Shown one piece after another: positions 1 through 10,405 of a stretch of DNA of 64,000 nucleotides (its first letter is position 1; the number at the start of each line of letters is the position of its first letter). The notes under the pieces were generated by a model, which saw only the letters and a list, made by a program, of their open reading frames with translations, ran no database searches and had not been told where the DNA came from. Source of the DNA: a virus (Duplodnaviria > Caudoviricetes); the IMG/VR virus record IMGVR_UViG_3300029267_004155; one strand, given 5' to 3'. Both the position numbers and the translations under genes were made by a program.

Positions 1-1
1 T

Positions 2-1984
2 ATTGTCAAGGTCTTCGGGGAGGACAACGTCTGCTCCATCGGGACCTACTCGACCTACAAGACCAGGGCTGTCATACTCGGCGTCGCCAGGGTTCTGGCC
101 CTGGACGTCCACGAGGCCAACGCGGTGACGAAGAAGCTGGAGCCGCTGAAGTCGTTCGAGGTCGGGGACGAGGGCGACGAGGAGATCGTCGACAAGATGG
201 ACCTGGACGACGTCTGCGCCCACTACCCGGAGCTGGCCGACTACCTGGACCGCAACCCGGAGGTCCGCTTCCATGCCGAGATCATCCGGAACCAGGTCAG
301 CAACATGGGCAAGCACGCGGGTGGCGTCATCATATCGGGGAGTAGCCTGAAGGGGCGCATCCCGGTCCTGAGGGACTCCAAGGGCGGCATCCTGTCCGCC
401 TGGGCCGAGTCCGGCACTGTGCAGGAGCTCAGCGAGCTCGGCCTGGTGAAGTACGACATCCTGGGGCTCAACAACCTCCCGGTGATAGCCGATTGCATCA
501 GCTTCATCGAGGACAGGCATGGGGTCAGGCCGATTCGGGACGAGATTCCTATTGACGACCGGAACTCCATCCGGCAGGAGGCCAGGAGGGACCTGGTTGG
601 CATCTTCCAGTTCGAGAACCCGGCCACGATGCCGATAGTGGCCGAGGTGGGCATGGAGTCGCTGAACGACGTGGCCGCGATCACGTCCCTCATCCGGCCT
701 GGTCCGAAGGACATGGGCATGGACATGGAGTACGCCAGGAGGAAGCACGGGCAGCCGTACGAGGTGCTCGACTGCATCCGGGAGATACTGGCGCCGACCT
801 ACGGGATCATCGTCTACCAGGAGCAGATGATGCAGATAAGCCAGGCCCTCTGCGGTTTCGACGGGCCCAAGGCTAACAGGCTTCGGCGCGCGTGCGGGAA
901 GAAGAACGTGGAGCTGATGAGGAGCGTCAAGGAGGACTTTGTCAACGGGGCGCAGCCGAGGATCGACTCCGGTGAGGTGACGACGAGGCAGGTGGAGGAC
1001 CTGTGGGAGTTGGTCGTGAAATTCGCAAAATACGGGTTCAACAAATCACACGCGATCACCTACAGCGCGATCACGACGGTGGAGCTGTGGCTGAAGCACA
1101 ACTACCTGGTGGAGTACATGGCGGCGCTGCTCAACAACACGAAGCAGGGCAAGAAGAAGCACGGCTCCTCGAACATCCTGGTCCGGTACGTCAACTACGC
1201 CAGGCGCCGGGGGATCGACATGCTGCCCCCGGACGTCTCCAGGAGCGGCGTGGGGTTCAGGCTGGAGGGGCCGTCCATCCGGTTCTCGCTGGGGCACGTC
1301 AAGAACGTGGCGACGTCGGCGACGGAGATCGAGGCGGCGCAGCCGTTCACGGGCATCGAGGATTTCAACGCTCGGGTGATGGCGACCGTCAACCGGAAGC
1401 AGAAGGACGGGACCTACAAGGCGACGAAGCAGAAGCTCAACAAGAGGGTCTTTGAGAGCTTGCTGTATGCTGGGGCTTTTGACTCTTTCGGTGCCCGGAA
1501 CGAGGTGGCGGCCAAGTTCGCCGAGCTGCGAAAGCAGAAGACGCCCCCCGTCGAGCTGTCGGACGACGAGTGGCTGGAGAAGGAGCGCGAGATGTGCGGG
1601 CTCGTGATGTCGGTCGACCCGCTGGTGAAGAGGTGCGGGGCCCTGATATCGGAGGCCAAGGCCCAGACCATAGGGGAGGAGGCGATCCGGGACAGGGTGC
1701 GCCTCTTCGGCCGGATAGACTCGATTGTCAACCACACGTCCAGGAACGGGAACCCGATGTGGAAGGTGTTTCTGGACGACGGGATAGACTCGATCATGTT
1801 CTACGTGTTCGAGGGTGGAAAGCAGAGGTTCAAGGACGAGTTCGAGACTGGCGACGTGGCGCTGGTCCCGATGAAGAGGTTCGAGGATGGCGGCCAACGC
1901 TTCTTCGACGACGATGGTGATTGCGTGGTGTTCACAAAGGAGGACGTTGATGATGCTGAAGCCGGGAGACTGTCTCAGGGTTAA
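2..1984 (+). CDS. dnaE: DNA polymerase III alpha subunit, C-terminal part (5' end outside window)
   Basis: Frame open from position 2 (VFGEDNVCSIGTYSTY...); motifs GKHAGGVII, LVKYDILGL, GIFQFE, LIRPGP, TYGIIVYQEQ, YGFNKSHA; C-terminal OB-fold-like region. Confidence 0.95.
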   Translation: MVKVFGEDNVCSIGTYSTYKTRAVILGVARVLALDVHEANAVTKKLEPLKSFEVGDEGDEEIVDKMDLDDVCAHYPELADYLDRNPEVRFHAEIIRNQVSNMGKHAGGVIISGSSLKGRIPVLRDSKGGILSAWAESGTVQELSELGLVKYDILGLNNLPVIADCISFIEDRHGVRPIRDEIPIDDRNSIRQEARRDLVGIFQFENPATMPIVAEVGMESLNDVAAITSLIRPGPKDMGMDMEYARRKHGQPYEVLDCIREILAPTYGIIVYQEQMMQISQALCGFDGPKANRLRRACGKKNVELMRSVKEDFVNGAQPRIDSGEVTTRQVEDLWELVVKFAKYGFNKSHAITYSAITTVELWLKHNYLVEYMAALLNNTKQGKKKHGSSNILVRYVNYARRRGIDMLPPDVSRSGVGFRLEGPSIRFSLGHVKNVATSATEIEAAQPFTGIEDFNARVMATVNRKQKDGTYKATKQKLNKRVFESLLYAGAFDSFGARNEVAAKFAELRKQKTPPVELSDDEWLEKEREMCGLVMSVDPLVKRCGALISEAKAQTIGEEAIRDRVRLFGRIDSIVNHTSRNGNPMWKVFLDDGIDSIMFYVFEGGKQRFKDEFETGDVALVPMKRFEDGGQRFFDDDGDCVVFTKEDVDDAEAGRLSQG

Positions 1985-2297
1985 GACGAAGACGCGGGAC
2001 GACGTGTTCGGGGTCTGTGTCTACAAGGTGCTGGAGGTGGGGATACTGCCTCCGGAGAAGGAGAGGCGCGAGGCTGGAGCCATGGACGGCGTCAAGTGCG
2101 TTATGCTCGGCGGCACCGGGCCGGCCGCGAGGCCGGGCATGACCATCATGGACTCCACCAAGGCCATCTCGCGCGACGTGAAGGCGGGGACGACCGAGAT
2201 CATCAAGGAGGCCGAGGCCGAGCGGGTCGCGGTGCAGTACGCCAAGTCCAAGGACAAGGAGGCTCCGTCGACCGGGGTCACGGAAGTCGATTGGTGA
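1950..2297 (+). CDS. hypothetical protein
   Basis: AAGGAGG SD at 1937-1943 before ATG; stop overlaps next start. Confidence 0.7.
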   Translation: MMLKPGDCLRVKTKTRDDVFGVCVYKVLEVGILPPEKERREAGAMDGVKCVMLGGTGPAARPGMTIMDSTKAISRDVKAGTTEIIKEAEAERVAVQYAKSKDKEAPSTGVTEVDW

Positions 2298-3190
2298 GCG
2301 CGGTCACGATAGTCTGCTGCTACCGGACCGGCACGCTTCGCATGATGGAGGCGTGCGCCAGGGCCGTCGTCCGCCACACCAAGATGGACTACGAGTTCCT
2401 GATCGTGACCCGGGACGCCGAGCCAGGAGAGCTGGACGGCGTCCTGGGGGCCTTCTGTCCCTCCACGGCCATGGTGCTGAGGGTCGACGTGCTGGACGGG
2501 CCAGGGGTCCACGGGAGGATGCTGGACGAGGCCCTGGCGTCAGGCGTGGCGCGCCATGGGGCTCCGTTCGTCCTGACTCTCGACTCCGACTGCCTGCCGG
2601 TGGCCGACGGGTGGCTGGCTGGGCTCCATGCCGGCGTGGTCCGTGCCGGCGTCGGAGCGGCGGGCATCCTGCATCCGTGGGCGCCCCCTCCGGCCGACAT
2701 GGGTCGGGACACGATCGAGTGGAGAGTCAGGAGCCAGCACTGCTGGGAGTCGACGCACGTGGCGTGCCAGCTTGTCCCGAGGGAGTTCGCGACCCATTTC
2801 GGGGTCGGCTTCGCGGACGGGGACGACACGGGCCTGGAGGTGGTCAAGCTGATAAAGACCATGGGGCTCCGGTGCGAGGGTTTCATGCCGAGCCGGTGCC
2901 CGCTCTCCATGACCGACTTCGATCCGGAGCTGAACAGGCAGGTCGGGGTGGTCTACGGGGACATGGTCTACCATCACGGGGGCCACACCAGGGTGTCGGC
3001 GTGCGGCGGCGACGCGGCTCTGAGGAGGAGCTTCGGATGGGCCCTGGACCGGGTCCTGGAGGAGGGCGGGGCGGAGTGGCTGCTGGACGACGCGGTCTCC
3101 CACCGGTACGCCCTGGACCGGGAGGAGGAGGTGGCGGCCGAGAAGATGAAGAGGCTGTTCGGGTTCGACTCGTGGAGGGTTGAGGGATGA
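2294..3190 (+). CDS. GT-A fold glycosyltransferase-like protein
   Basis: GTGA-coupled start; VTIVCCY N-terminal strand, TLDSDCLP DxD motif, YHHGG; paralogous to 4362 and 46425 N-terminus. Confidence 0.7.
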   Translation: MSAVTIVCCYRTGTLRMMEACARAVVRHTKMDYEFLIVTRDAEPGELDGVLGAFCPSTAMVLRVDVLDGPGVHGRMLDEALASGVARHGAPFVLTLDSDCLPVADGWLAGLHAGVVRAGVGAAGILHPWAPPPADMGRDTIEWRVRSQHCWESTHVACQLVPREFATHFGVGFADGDDTGLEVVKLIKTMGLRCEGFMPSRCPLSMTDFDPELNRQVGVVYGDMVYHHGGHTRVSACGGDAALRRSFGWALDRVLEEGGAEWLLDDAVSHRYALDREEEVAAEKMKRLFGFDSWRVEG

Positions 3191-3393
3191 GGATAGAGAA
3201 GCTGGACAGGCATCATTCCGAGTTGCCGACGACCGACGAGGATCGGGAGTTGGGGGCTGAGTTGGCGGGTGAGATTGGCGACACGCTGATCGACTTCAAG
3301 TCGATGTGGCCGGTTGCGCAGTGGACGGTCGTCGCCAAGGCGTTGAGGATTCACGGGCTCAAGGTGGCAGAACGACGAAAGGGAAAGACATGA
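3187..3393 (+). CDS. small hypothetical protein
   Basis: ATGA overlaps at both ends. Confidence 0.55.
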   Translation: MRIEKLDRHHSELPTTDEDRELGAELAGEIGDTLIDFKSMWPVAQWTVVAKALRIHGLKVAERRKGKT

Positions 3394-4115
3394 AGGGCGT
3401 TATACTGGCGGGTGGCAAGGGAACGAGGTTGATGCCGGCGACTAAAGTGACCAACAAGCATCTTTTGCCGGTCGGGGTGAAGCCGATGCTCCAGCACTGC
3501 GTCGAGAAGATGGTGGAGGCCGGGATCGAGGACATCATGGTCGTGACCGGCGGCGAGCACGTGGGCCACATGGCCGAGTTCCTCGGGAGCGGGGCCGAGT
3601 ACGGCTGCCAGACCACGTACAGGGTCCAGGACCAGGCTGGCGGGATCGCCGAGGCTCTCGGGCTGGCGCGCGGCTTCGTTCGGGAGGGGGACTCCATGTG
3701 CGTCCTTCTCGGGGACAACATCTTCAAGGACCCGTTGGGGCCGTTCGTCCAGGCGTTCCTGGAGTACAGGGACGTGGACTACGGGGCGATGGTGGTGCTC
3801 AAGAAGGTGTCCGACCCGTGGCGGTTCGGGGTGGCCGAGGTGAACGCCGAGCTGAGGGAGATCGTCGGCATCGAGGAGAAGCCGGAGAAGCCGAAGTCGA
3901 ACATGGCCGTGACTGGAATCTACTTCTATGACAGCTCCGTCTTCGAGATCGTGGACGGCCTGGGGCCGAGTGAGCGGGGAGAGCTGGAGATCACGGACGT
4001 GAATAACGCGTACCTTATTAGGGGCGAGTTGTCGTTCTCGACCATGAAAGGATGGTGGACCGATGCAGGGACCGAGGAGAGCTACGCCAGGGCGAACGAC
4101 CTCGTCCGAGGTTGA
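3390..4115 (+). CDS. rmlA: glucose-1-phosphate thymidylyltransferase (short RmlA/SpsI type)
   Basis: GVILAGGKGTRLMPAT, KHLLPV, LGDN, EEKPEKPKSN, SERGELEITD, WWTDAGT. Confidence 0.92.
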   Translation: MKGVILAGGKGTRLMPATKVTNKHLLPVGVKPMLQHCVEKMVEAGIEDIMVVTGGEHVGHMAEFLGSGAEYGCQTTYRVQDQAGGIAEALGLARGFVREGDSMCVLLGDNIFKDPLGPFVQAFLEYRDVDYGAMVVLKKVSDPWRFGVAEVNAELREIVGIEEKPEKPKSNMAVTGIYFYDSSVFEIVDGLGPSERGELEITDVNNAYLIRGELSFSTMKGWWTDAGTEESYARANDLVRG

Positions 4116-4128
4116 TGCGACATACGCC

Positions 4129-4365
4129 TTGACCGTCGACGACGTGGCGATGGCCATGTCGAGGGCGGAAGGGACAAGGGGGCCGGTTGACGCGGTGGTG
4201 GTCTCGGACCACCTGTACGAGAGATTGAGCGCCCAGGCCGTGAAGGTCGGGCCTTTGCCGCACCTGGACCCGGTCCAGACGGGCAGAACTACCTTGTTCG
4301 GGATGAGGTTGAGGACGGGACCGGAGCCGGGAGAGGTGATAGTCGGAGAGGACGAGGTCCGATGA
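4129..4365 (+). CDS. hypothetical protein (start uncertain)
   Basis: Fills the gap between rmlA and the next gene; stop overlaps next ATG. Confidence 0.4.
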   Translation: MTVDDVAMAMSRAEGTRGPVDAVVVSDHLYERLSAQAVKVGPLPHLDPVQTGRTTLFGMRLRTGPEPGEVIVGEDEVR

Positions 4366-5201
4366 GTGAGTGGATGACACTTGAGGCTGCTAAACAGCAT
4401 GCCTTGGAGAAGTTTCACTCGTGTCTGACGGGCGAGGTTTGCGCGGCAGAGCACGGGATGCTGGCTGACTGGCTCGGCGAGCTTCAGAGGCGCCGGGACC
4501 TGGGGGGAATCTCGATCTGCATTCTGACCTGGAACGTGCTTCCCTACACGAAGGTGGCCATCTCCCAGATCAGGAAGCTGACGAGGATGGTCGACTACGA
4601 GATTCTGATCTACGACAACGGGTCCACCGACGGGACGCCGGAGTGGCTGTCGGATCAGGACGATGTGATTCTTCTCAAGGGGGCCAATAACTCCATGCGG
4701 CACGGGGAAGCCTTGGACCGCCTCGTCCGGCACGCCTCGAAGAACATCGCCTGCACCCTCTGCTCAGACGCCTTCCCGGTGAGCCCGGCCTGGACGACGC
4801 CGGCCCTGTTCCTGGACGAGGACACGGTTCTGGCCGGGATTGACAGGGGCTGGGGCCGGAAGCTGAAGAGCTACGTCTGCCCGTCCTACCTGTTCGGCTG
4901 GACGAGATGGGTTCGGGACCATACCTTCATGGACCATTGGCCGGAGACGGACACTGGCGAGCAGATGGCCATCGACTGCGAGGCCGAGGGCAAGAGGATG
5001 AAGATGTGGAAGTATGAGCTGGTGTCGTTCGGGGAGGGCTACAAGCCGAACCCGTGCGACTACGCAGGCTGGGTCTGGCACACGTGGTGGGGCGGCAGGT
5101 CGCAGAGCGTCCCCGGGCTGGCCGGCAAGGAGTTCGAGCCCACTTACCATGCCAGGGCGATAGAGGTCATTGGAGAAAGGTTCGGAATAGAAGTGAGGTG
5201 A
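4362..5201 (+). CDS. glycosyltransferase family 2-like
   Basis: ISICILTWN, YEILIYDNGSTDGT, SDAFP. Confidence 0.85.
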   Translation: MSEWMTLEAAKQHALEKFHSCLTGEVCAAEHGMLADWLGELQRRRDLGGISICILTWNVLPYTKVAISQIRKLTRMVDYEILIYDNGSTDGTPEWLSDQDDVILLKGANNSMRHGEALDRLVRHASKNIACTLCSDAFPVSPAWTTPALFLDEDTVLAGIDRGWGRKLKSYVCPSYLFGWTRWVRDHTFMDHWPETDTGEQMAIDCEAEGKRMKMWKYELVSFGEGYKPNPCDYAGWVWHTWWGGRSQSVPGLAGKEFEPTYHARAIEVIGERFGIEVR

Positions 5202-5204
5202 AAG

Positions 5205-6101
5205 ATGAAGACCCCGACGTTCCCGTTCACGCACGAGTCGGTCCAGGAGGAGCTGTGCGACAGGAGGCTGACGCTGGCGCGCAACATAAAGGGGAACTCG
5301 TACTACCGAAGGATGGGCAGCCTGACGCTGACGCACCCGGGGGACTGGGATGTCGACGGGGGCGCTCTCCTGGTCCTGGACCAGAAGGACCGGGTGCTGC
5401 ACCGCCTCGACGGCCTGGAGGCGGGGTACGGCGGCTGCCGGATCGTCGGGGAGGACGTGACGAGCGCAAGCTCGAAAGGTTTCGCCCGGGTCGCCATCTG
5501 GCCGTACGAGCCTCTCGGGACCGACTTCTCGGTGGCGGTGTCGAGCCATGTCGACTATCACGAGCAGACGATGCCGCGGCTGCTGAAGTCGCTGGCCAGG
5601 GCCGGGGTGGAGTCCGGAGACGTCGAGGTTGTCGTCTGCGGGGCCAGGAAGGACCCGAGGGAGGAGGAGCGTGACGGTGTCAGGTTCGTCTTCGTCCCGT
5701 GGGACATGCAGGGCTTCGCGGGGCTGGCGGCAGAGGGGAAAGGGAACAAGTACGTCCTTCTGCTGCACGACACGTGCTCGGTCGACGAGGGCTTCGCCGA
5801 GAGGGTGATGGCGGTGGACGTGGGCGTCCCGCATGACATCATCCTGGCGTCGAACGACAACGAGATTGGACTCTACTCGTCGTGGCTGACCGGCCAGCTG
5901 TCGCTGGAGGACGCGAAGCCGAAGGGTTTCATGAAGCGGCTCAGGCAGATCGCGAGGTCGTGGTCCGTCATGGAGGGGGCGAGACGGAGCCTCGGGGAGA
6001 AGGATGTCTACGGGGGCGGCGTGAAGAGGGAGGTGGTGGCGTACGACGGGCTCGGCGTGAGGAAGTTCTTCGGCGTCTCGGAGTCGGGGGGAAGGCCGTG
6101 A
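5205..6101 (+). CDS. hypothetical protein with GT-A-like C-terminal half
   Basis: PRLLKSL...YVLLLHDTC pattern; lies within the glycan gene run. Confidence 0.55.
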   Translation: MKTPTFPFTHESVQEELCDRRLTLARNIKGNSYYRRMGSLTLTHPGDWDVDGGALLVLDQKDRVLHRLDGLEAGYGGCRIVGEDVTSASSKGFARVAIWPYEPLGTDFSVAVSSHVDYHEQTMPRLLKSLARAGVESGDVEVVVCGARKDPREEERDGVRFVFVPWDMQGFAGLAAEGKGNKYVLLLHDTCSVDEGFAERVMAVDVGVPHDIILASNDNEIGLYSSWLTGQLSLEDAKPKGFMKRLRQIARSWSVMEGARRSLGEKDVYGGGVKREVVAYDGLGVRKFFGVSESGGRP

Positions 6102-6126
6102 GCGTGGCTGCCGTCAGCGGTCGGGT

Positions 6127-8184
6127 GTGGCCAAGAACAAGAGGTGGGGAATGAGAGAGACGAGCAAGGCGTACAGAAGACGCGTCAAGGACCCGTTCTG
6201 GGACGAGGTCTTCGTCGGGCGCGGGCTTGACATAGGCTCCGGGGACGATCCGTTCCTGAGCGAGTGGTGGGAGGGCGTGGTCTCGGTGGAGACGTTCGAC
6301 CGCCAGGACGGTAACGCCGAGGAGATACTCCGGTTCCCGAAGGGTCGCAAGGGCGCCTACGACTTCGTGCACTCGTCGAACTGCCTGGAGCACATGTCCA
6401 GGCCGAGGGACGCCCTCCTCCAGTGGCTCGCGCTGCTGAGGCCGGGAGGCCACCTGGTCCTGACGGTCCCCGACGAGGACCTCTACGAGCAGGGCGTCTG
6501 GCCGTCCAGGTGGAACAGGGATCACAAGTACACCTTCACGATATGGAAGGCCGAGTCGTGGAGCGAGATGTCGGTCAACGTGGCCGAGATGCTCGCGGGC
6601 CTGGATGGCTATCACGTTCGCAGGTTGCAGGTCGTCGACACGGGGTACGACCGTTCCAAGAGGGGCGTCGACCAGACCAGGAGGAGCGACGGGGCCGAGG
6701 CGTTCCTGGAGGTGGTGATACGCCGGGCGCAGGTGGTTCCCGGAAGGGGCGTGTTCAAGCACTCCGGCGCCCGGGGCGACATCATCTACTCGCTCCCGGC
6801 CATGGAGGCTCTCGGCGGGGGCGTCCTGGCGGTGGCGATCGATCCGGAGAGGTACGTCGGCAGGCCGATGAGCGAAAAGGACCTGGCGCAGCTGGCCGAG
6901 CTTCTGAGGAGGCAGCCGTACGTCGAGGACGTGGTAAGGTGGGACGGCTCGGAGCCGGATTGGGACCTGGACCTGTTCAGGGACCTCCCGACCGAGGGCG
7001 AGCATCTGGCCAGGCAGCACCTCGACAGGTTCGGGGTGGAGCGCGACCTGGCCATGCCGTGGATCGACCCGGGGACGGTTGAGCCTCTGCACGAGGCGGA
7101 TATCGTCGTGGCCAGGAGCTCCAGGTACCACGGGCCCATGGACTGGGCGGTCCTGAAGCCGCACGAGTCCAGATGCGTCTTCGTCGGCTTCGAGGACGAG
7201 CACGAGGCGTTCGTCAAGGAGACCGGGGTCAACGTGGGAATGGCGGGTCCGCTGTCGGTTCTGGAGCTGGCCTCGGTCATCAGGGGGTCAAAGCTGTTCG
7301 TGGGCAATCAGAGCTTCCCGTACGCCATTGCCGAGGCCATGAAGGTGCCGAGGGCCCTGGAGGTCTGCCCGAGCTGCCCGAACTGCATGCCGAGGGGGCC
7401 GGACGGCCATGTCGGGATCACGGCGCGGCTGGTCGACGACCATCTCGGCGACGAGATCGTGCTGGGGCTGCCTGGGGGTGATCCGGTCGAGCACAGGCCG
7501 TGGAGGGTGGCGACGCCGACGACGAGGTCGGAGCAGCCGAGGAGATGGAAGCCGGTCCCGGGGCGTCCGATGTTCAGCGTGGTCGCGGTCCATGACGGGG
7601 ATGACGTCGATGGCGCCGTCGAGAGGGTCCGAGAGCTTCATGTGAATGACGCCATCGAGGTGCTGATGCTCATTCGCGGCTCGGTGGATCAGGCGGCGCT
7701 GGCCAGGGAGGCCGTGGCGCGGGCCCTCGGGGGTGATGCCGTGTCGGTCGCGTGGACGCCGACCAGGACGTGGGGCGCGGCCATGAACGACGGCGTGAGC
7801 CGGACGTCCGGCGATTTCATCTGCGTCGCGCGTGACGACTTCGAGCCGTGGAAGGGGTGGGTCCGGCATCTGGTCGACCTGTTCAGGGACGAGCGGGCGG
7901 GCCTTGTTGGGACGACGATGGTGACGGACCATGGTTTTCCGCATGTCGACGGGGCTTGCCTGGTCCTGTCCAGGAGGGCATATGAGGAGGTCGGCATGTT
8001 CGACGACAGGATGGAGCTCGGGGGGCCGTGGCTGGCGCTCGATCTGAGTATGAGGATGATGGACGCAGGCTACGCCTACCGCCACTGCAACAAGATCAAG
8101 AAGTGGAAGGGCGTCTCGGCATCCGCGGAGGCGGAGGCGAGGAACAGGGCATTTATCCTGATTGAGCACGGGGTGGAAGTATGA
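6127..8184 (+). CDS. fusion of class I SAM methyltransferase, GT9-like and GT2-like domains
   Basis: GLDIGSG, YDFVHSSNCLEH, LLRPGGHL; HSGARGDIIYSLP...LFVGNQS; C-terminal FSVVAVHD...GACLVLSR. Confidence 0.8.
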   Translation: MAKNKRWGMRETSKAYRRRVKDPFWDEVFVGRGLDIGSGDDPFLSEWWEGVVSVETFDRQDGNAEEILRFPKGRKGAYDFVHSSNCLEHMSRPRDALLQWLALLRPGGHLVLTVPDEDLYEQGVWPSRWNRDHKYTFTIWKAESWSEMSVNVAEMLAGLDGYHVRRLQVVDTGYDRSKRGVDQTRRSDGAEAFLEVVIRRAQVVPGRGVFKHSGARGDIIYSLPAMEALGGGVLAVAIDPERYVGRPMSEKDLAQLAELLRRQPYVEDVVRWDGSEPDWDLDLFRDLPTEGEHLARQHLDRFGVERDLAMPWIDPGTVEPLHEADIVVARSSRYHGPMDWAVLKPHESRCVFVGFEDEHEAFVKETGVNVGMAGPLSVLELASVIRGSKLFVGNQSFPYAIAEAMKVPRALEVCPSCPNCMPRGPDGHVGITARLVDDHLGDEIVLGLPGGDPVEHRPWRVATPTTRSEQPRRWKPVPGRPMFSVVAVHDGDDVDGAVERVRELHVNDAIEVLMLIRGSVDQAALAREAVARALGGDAVSVAWTPTRTWGAAMNDGVSRTSGDFICVARDDFEPWKGWVRHLVDLFRDERAGLVGTTMVTDHGFPHVDGACLVLSRRAYEEVGMFDDRMELGGPWLALDLSMRMMDAGYAYRHCNKIKKWKGVSASAEAEARNRAFILIEHGVEV

Positions 8185-8987
8185 TAGTGAGGACGGTGCC
8201 GACGGTGGAGGGGGTGCTGATGGCCACGCCGGCCATCAGGGAGTTCCGTCTGCGTCATCCTGACGAGAGGGTGGTCGTCGAGACGGCGCTGCGGGAGCTG
8301 CTGTGGGGGAACGAGGACGTCGAGGACGTAGGCTGCTTCATGGAGCCGGAGCCGCTGGAGAGGGTGGTCAGGCTGGACATGGTCGAGGTTTGGCGTTCGG
8401 AGCACCTGGTTGACCTGTTCGCGAAGGGGTTGCTCGGGGATGCCAGGCTCTCCGACAGGAGAATCGAGATGAGGCCGGATCGGAAGCAGGAGGAGGAGGC
8501 TGCCAGGATCAGGTCCGGAATGGGTGACAGGGTGGCCGTTGTGGCCCTTCCGACAGACAGCTTTGCCGGCGCGGTCGCCGGGTTTGAAGATCTTCTTCGA
8601 GAGGCGGGCTACGACGTGATGCCGGCGGCCGGGAGGCCGCTGGGGGGATGGGGGGTGCTGAAGGCGGTGGTGGACCTGGCTGACGTCTTCGTCGGCGTCG
8701 ACGGGTGTCCTGAGCCTTCCGTGGCGTCCGCGACCGAGACTCCGATGGTGGTGGCTCACTCCTGGCGCGACCCGAGGTTCTCAAGGCCGTTTAGGAGAGG
8801 CGTCCCGTTCGAGGCGGTGACGCCGGGGTCGAAGTGCGACGCGGCCAGTTTCTGCATGGAGGCCAATGTCAGGGGCGAGTTTTGCCACGTCTATCGCGTC
8901 GAGTGCTCCAATGAGGATCGGATGGCCTGCGAGAGGGCCGTGACGGCGAAGAGGCTGATGAGGGCGGTCGGGAGGGTCGTCCCGTGA
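8181..8987 (+). CDS. GT9 (heptosyltransferase)-like protein, divergent
   Basis: VLMATPAIREFR...ADVFVGVDG...TPMVV pattern typical of GT9. Confidence 0.65.
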   Translation: MIVRTVPTVEGVLMATPAIREFRLRHPDERVVVETALRELLWGNEDVEDVGCFMEPEPLERVVRLDMVEVWRSEHLVDLFAKGLLGDARLSDRRIEMRPDRKQEEEAARIRSGMGDRVAVVALPTDSFAGAVAGFEDLLREAGYDVMPAAGRPLGGWGVLKAVVDLADVFVGVDGCPEPSVASATETPMVVAHSWRDPRFSRPFRRGVPFEAVTPGSKCDAASFCMEANVRGEFCHVYRVECSNEDRMACERAVTAKRLMRAVGRVVP

Positions 8988-10405
8988 GGCCAGTCGCCGT
9001 CGTAATGTGCCACAACGACGGAAGGCGCGCCGAGAGGCTGAGGGACGCCTTGTCCGAGGCCTTCGAGGTGGCGGTCTTCGACAGCGGGTCTGACGAGGAG
9101 GAGGTGCCGTCCGGGGCCGAGAGGTTCCCGAACATCTACTGGACCCGCATCTGGAACGAGGCCCTTCGGCGATTCGGGGGGCGTGACGCGATCTGGGTCC
9201 TCTGCTCCGACATCGAGCTGACGGCGCCGGCGTCGGACTATCTGGAGGCGATGGGTTCCGCGATGCCGTTCGGGTGCTGGAGCCCGGCCATAGAGGGTCG
9301 GTCTCTGGATTTCATGAAGGCGTCAAGGACGGCCGGCAAGGCGTGCTCCGTCCTGTCGCTGGAGGGCATGTGCATGGGGGTCAGCAGGGAGGGGGCGGCC
9401 GCGGTCGGCAAGCTCCCGTCCAGGAATCGGGTCGGATGGGGCATGGACCACCTCATGAGCTGGAGATGCAGGAAGGACGGGATGAGGAACGTGCTTGATG
9501 GCCGGGTCGTCGTGCGCCATTCCGAGGCCTGTGGCTACGACGACCGCCTGGCCCTCATGGAGATGTACCACACCATGTCCGAGGAGGAGGGCCCGCATTG
9601 GCGCGAGGTGATAGGGTCGTCCTCGGACTGGTTCCGGGACAACGTGCTCAGGAAGGGGCTGGCCGGCAGCCGGGTGAGCGTCGTGGTGGCGTCATACAAC
9701 CAGAGACGGACGCTGCCGCTGACCCTGGCCTCCCTGGCTGGGCAGACCGCGACACCGATGGAGGTGGTCGTCGCCGACGACGGGTCGACGGACGGGACCC
9801 TGGAGTGGCTGGACACGTGCCGTCCGGAGTGGCCCTTCCCGGCCCGGTACGTGACGAGGAGGCATGGTGGCTACGACCTGGTCGGCGTCAACAACGCGGC
9901 GCTTCCGTGGCTCAGGGGCGACAGGGTGCTCTTCACCAACGGAGACGTCGTTCTGAGTCCAGAGTCGGTGGAGGCGCATGCCGATGTCGATGATGTCGCT
10001 GTCGGGGGCGGCTTCGTGACCGGCGTATCCCATCCCGCCTCGGAGTCCGTGCGGGAGGGGGACGTCAGGGACTTCGGTAGGCTCCGCAGCCTGTCGGCGC
10101 GGAACCCTCCGGACATGACCAACGAGGAGTGGTTCCACCAGGGGCCCGGGGGCAACTTCTACGGCGTATGGGGTGGGAACTACTCCGTCCCGAGGAGCTT
10201 GTTGCTGGCGATGGGTGGTTTCAATGGCAGCTACCGGCTACTCTACGGAGGGGAAGAGGCGGACACGATTCAGAGGGTCATCGCCGCTGGCGGATCGGTC
10301 GGGTGGGTTAGGCGGGCCGAGGCGTATCATCTCGAACATTCTCCGAAAAGCTATCGGAAACGAGCTCTTGGTAACGTAAAGTACAAGCAGGAGCACTTGA
10401 TATGA
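8984..10405 (+). CDS. two-domain glycosyltransferase (GT-A + GT2/GT7C-like)
   Basis: VAVFDSGSD; VSVVVASYNQ, EVVVADDGSTDGT, WGGNYS, YGGEEAD. Confidence 0.85.
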   Translation: MRPVAVVMCHNDGRRAERLRDALSEAFEVAVFDSGSDEEEVPSGAERFPNIYWTRIWNEALRRFGGRDAIWVLCSDIELTAPASDYLEAMGSAMPFGCWSPAIEGRSLDFMKASRTAGKACSVLSLEGMCMGVSREGAAAVGKLPSRNRVGWGMDHLMSWRCRKDGMRNVLDGRVVVRHSEACGYDDRLALMEMYHTMSEEEGPHWREVIGSSSDWFRDNVLRKGLAGSRVSVVVASYNQRRTLPLTLASLAGQTATPMEVVVADDGSTDGTLEWLDTCRPEWPFPARYVTRRHGGYDLVGVNNAALPWLRGDRVLFTNGDVVLSPESVEAHADVDDVAVGGGFVTGVSHPASESVREGDVRDFGRLRSLSARNPPDMTNEEWFHQGPGGNFYGVWGGNYSVPRSLLLAMGGFNGSYRLLYGGEEADTIQRVIAAGGSVGWVRRAEAYHLEHSPKSYRKRALGNVKYKQEHLI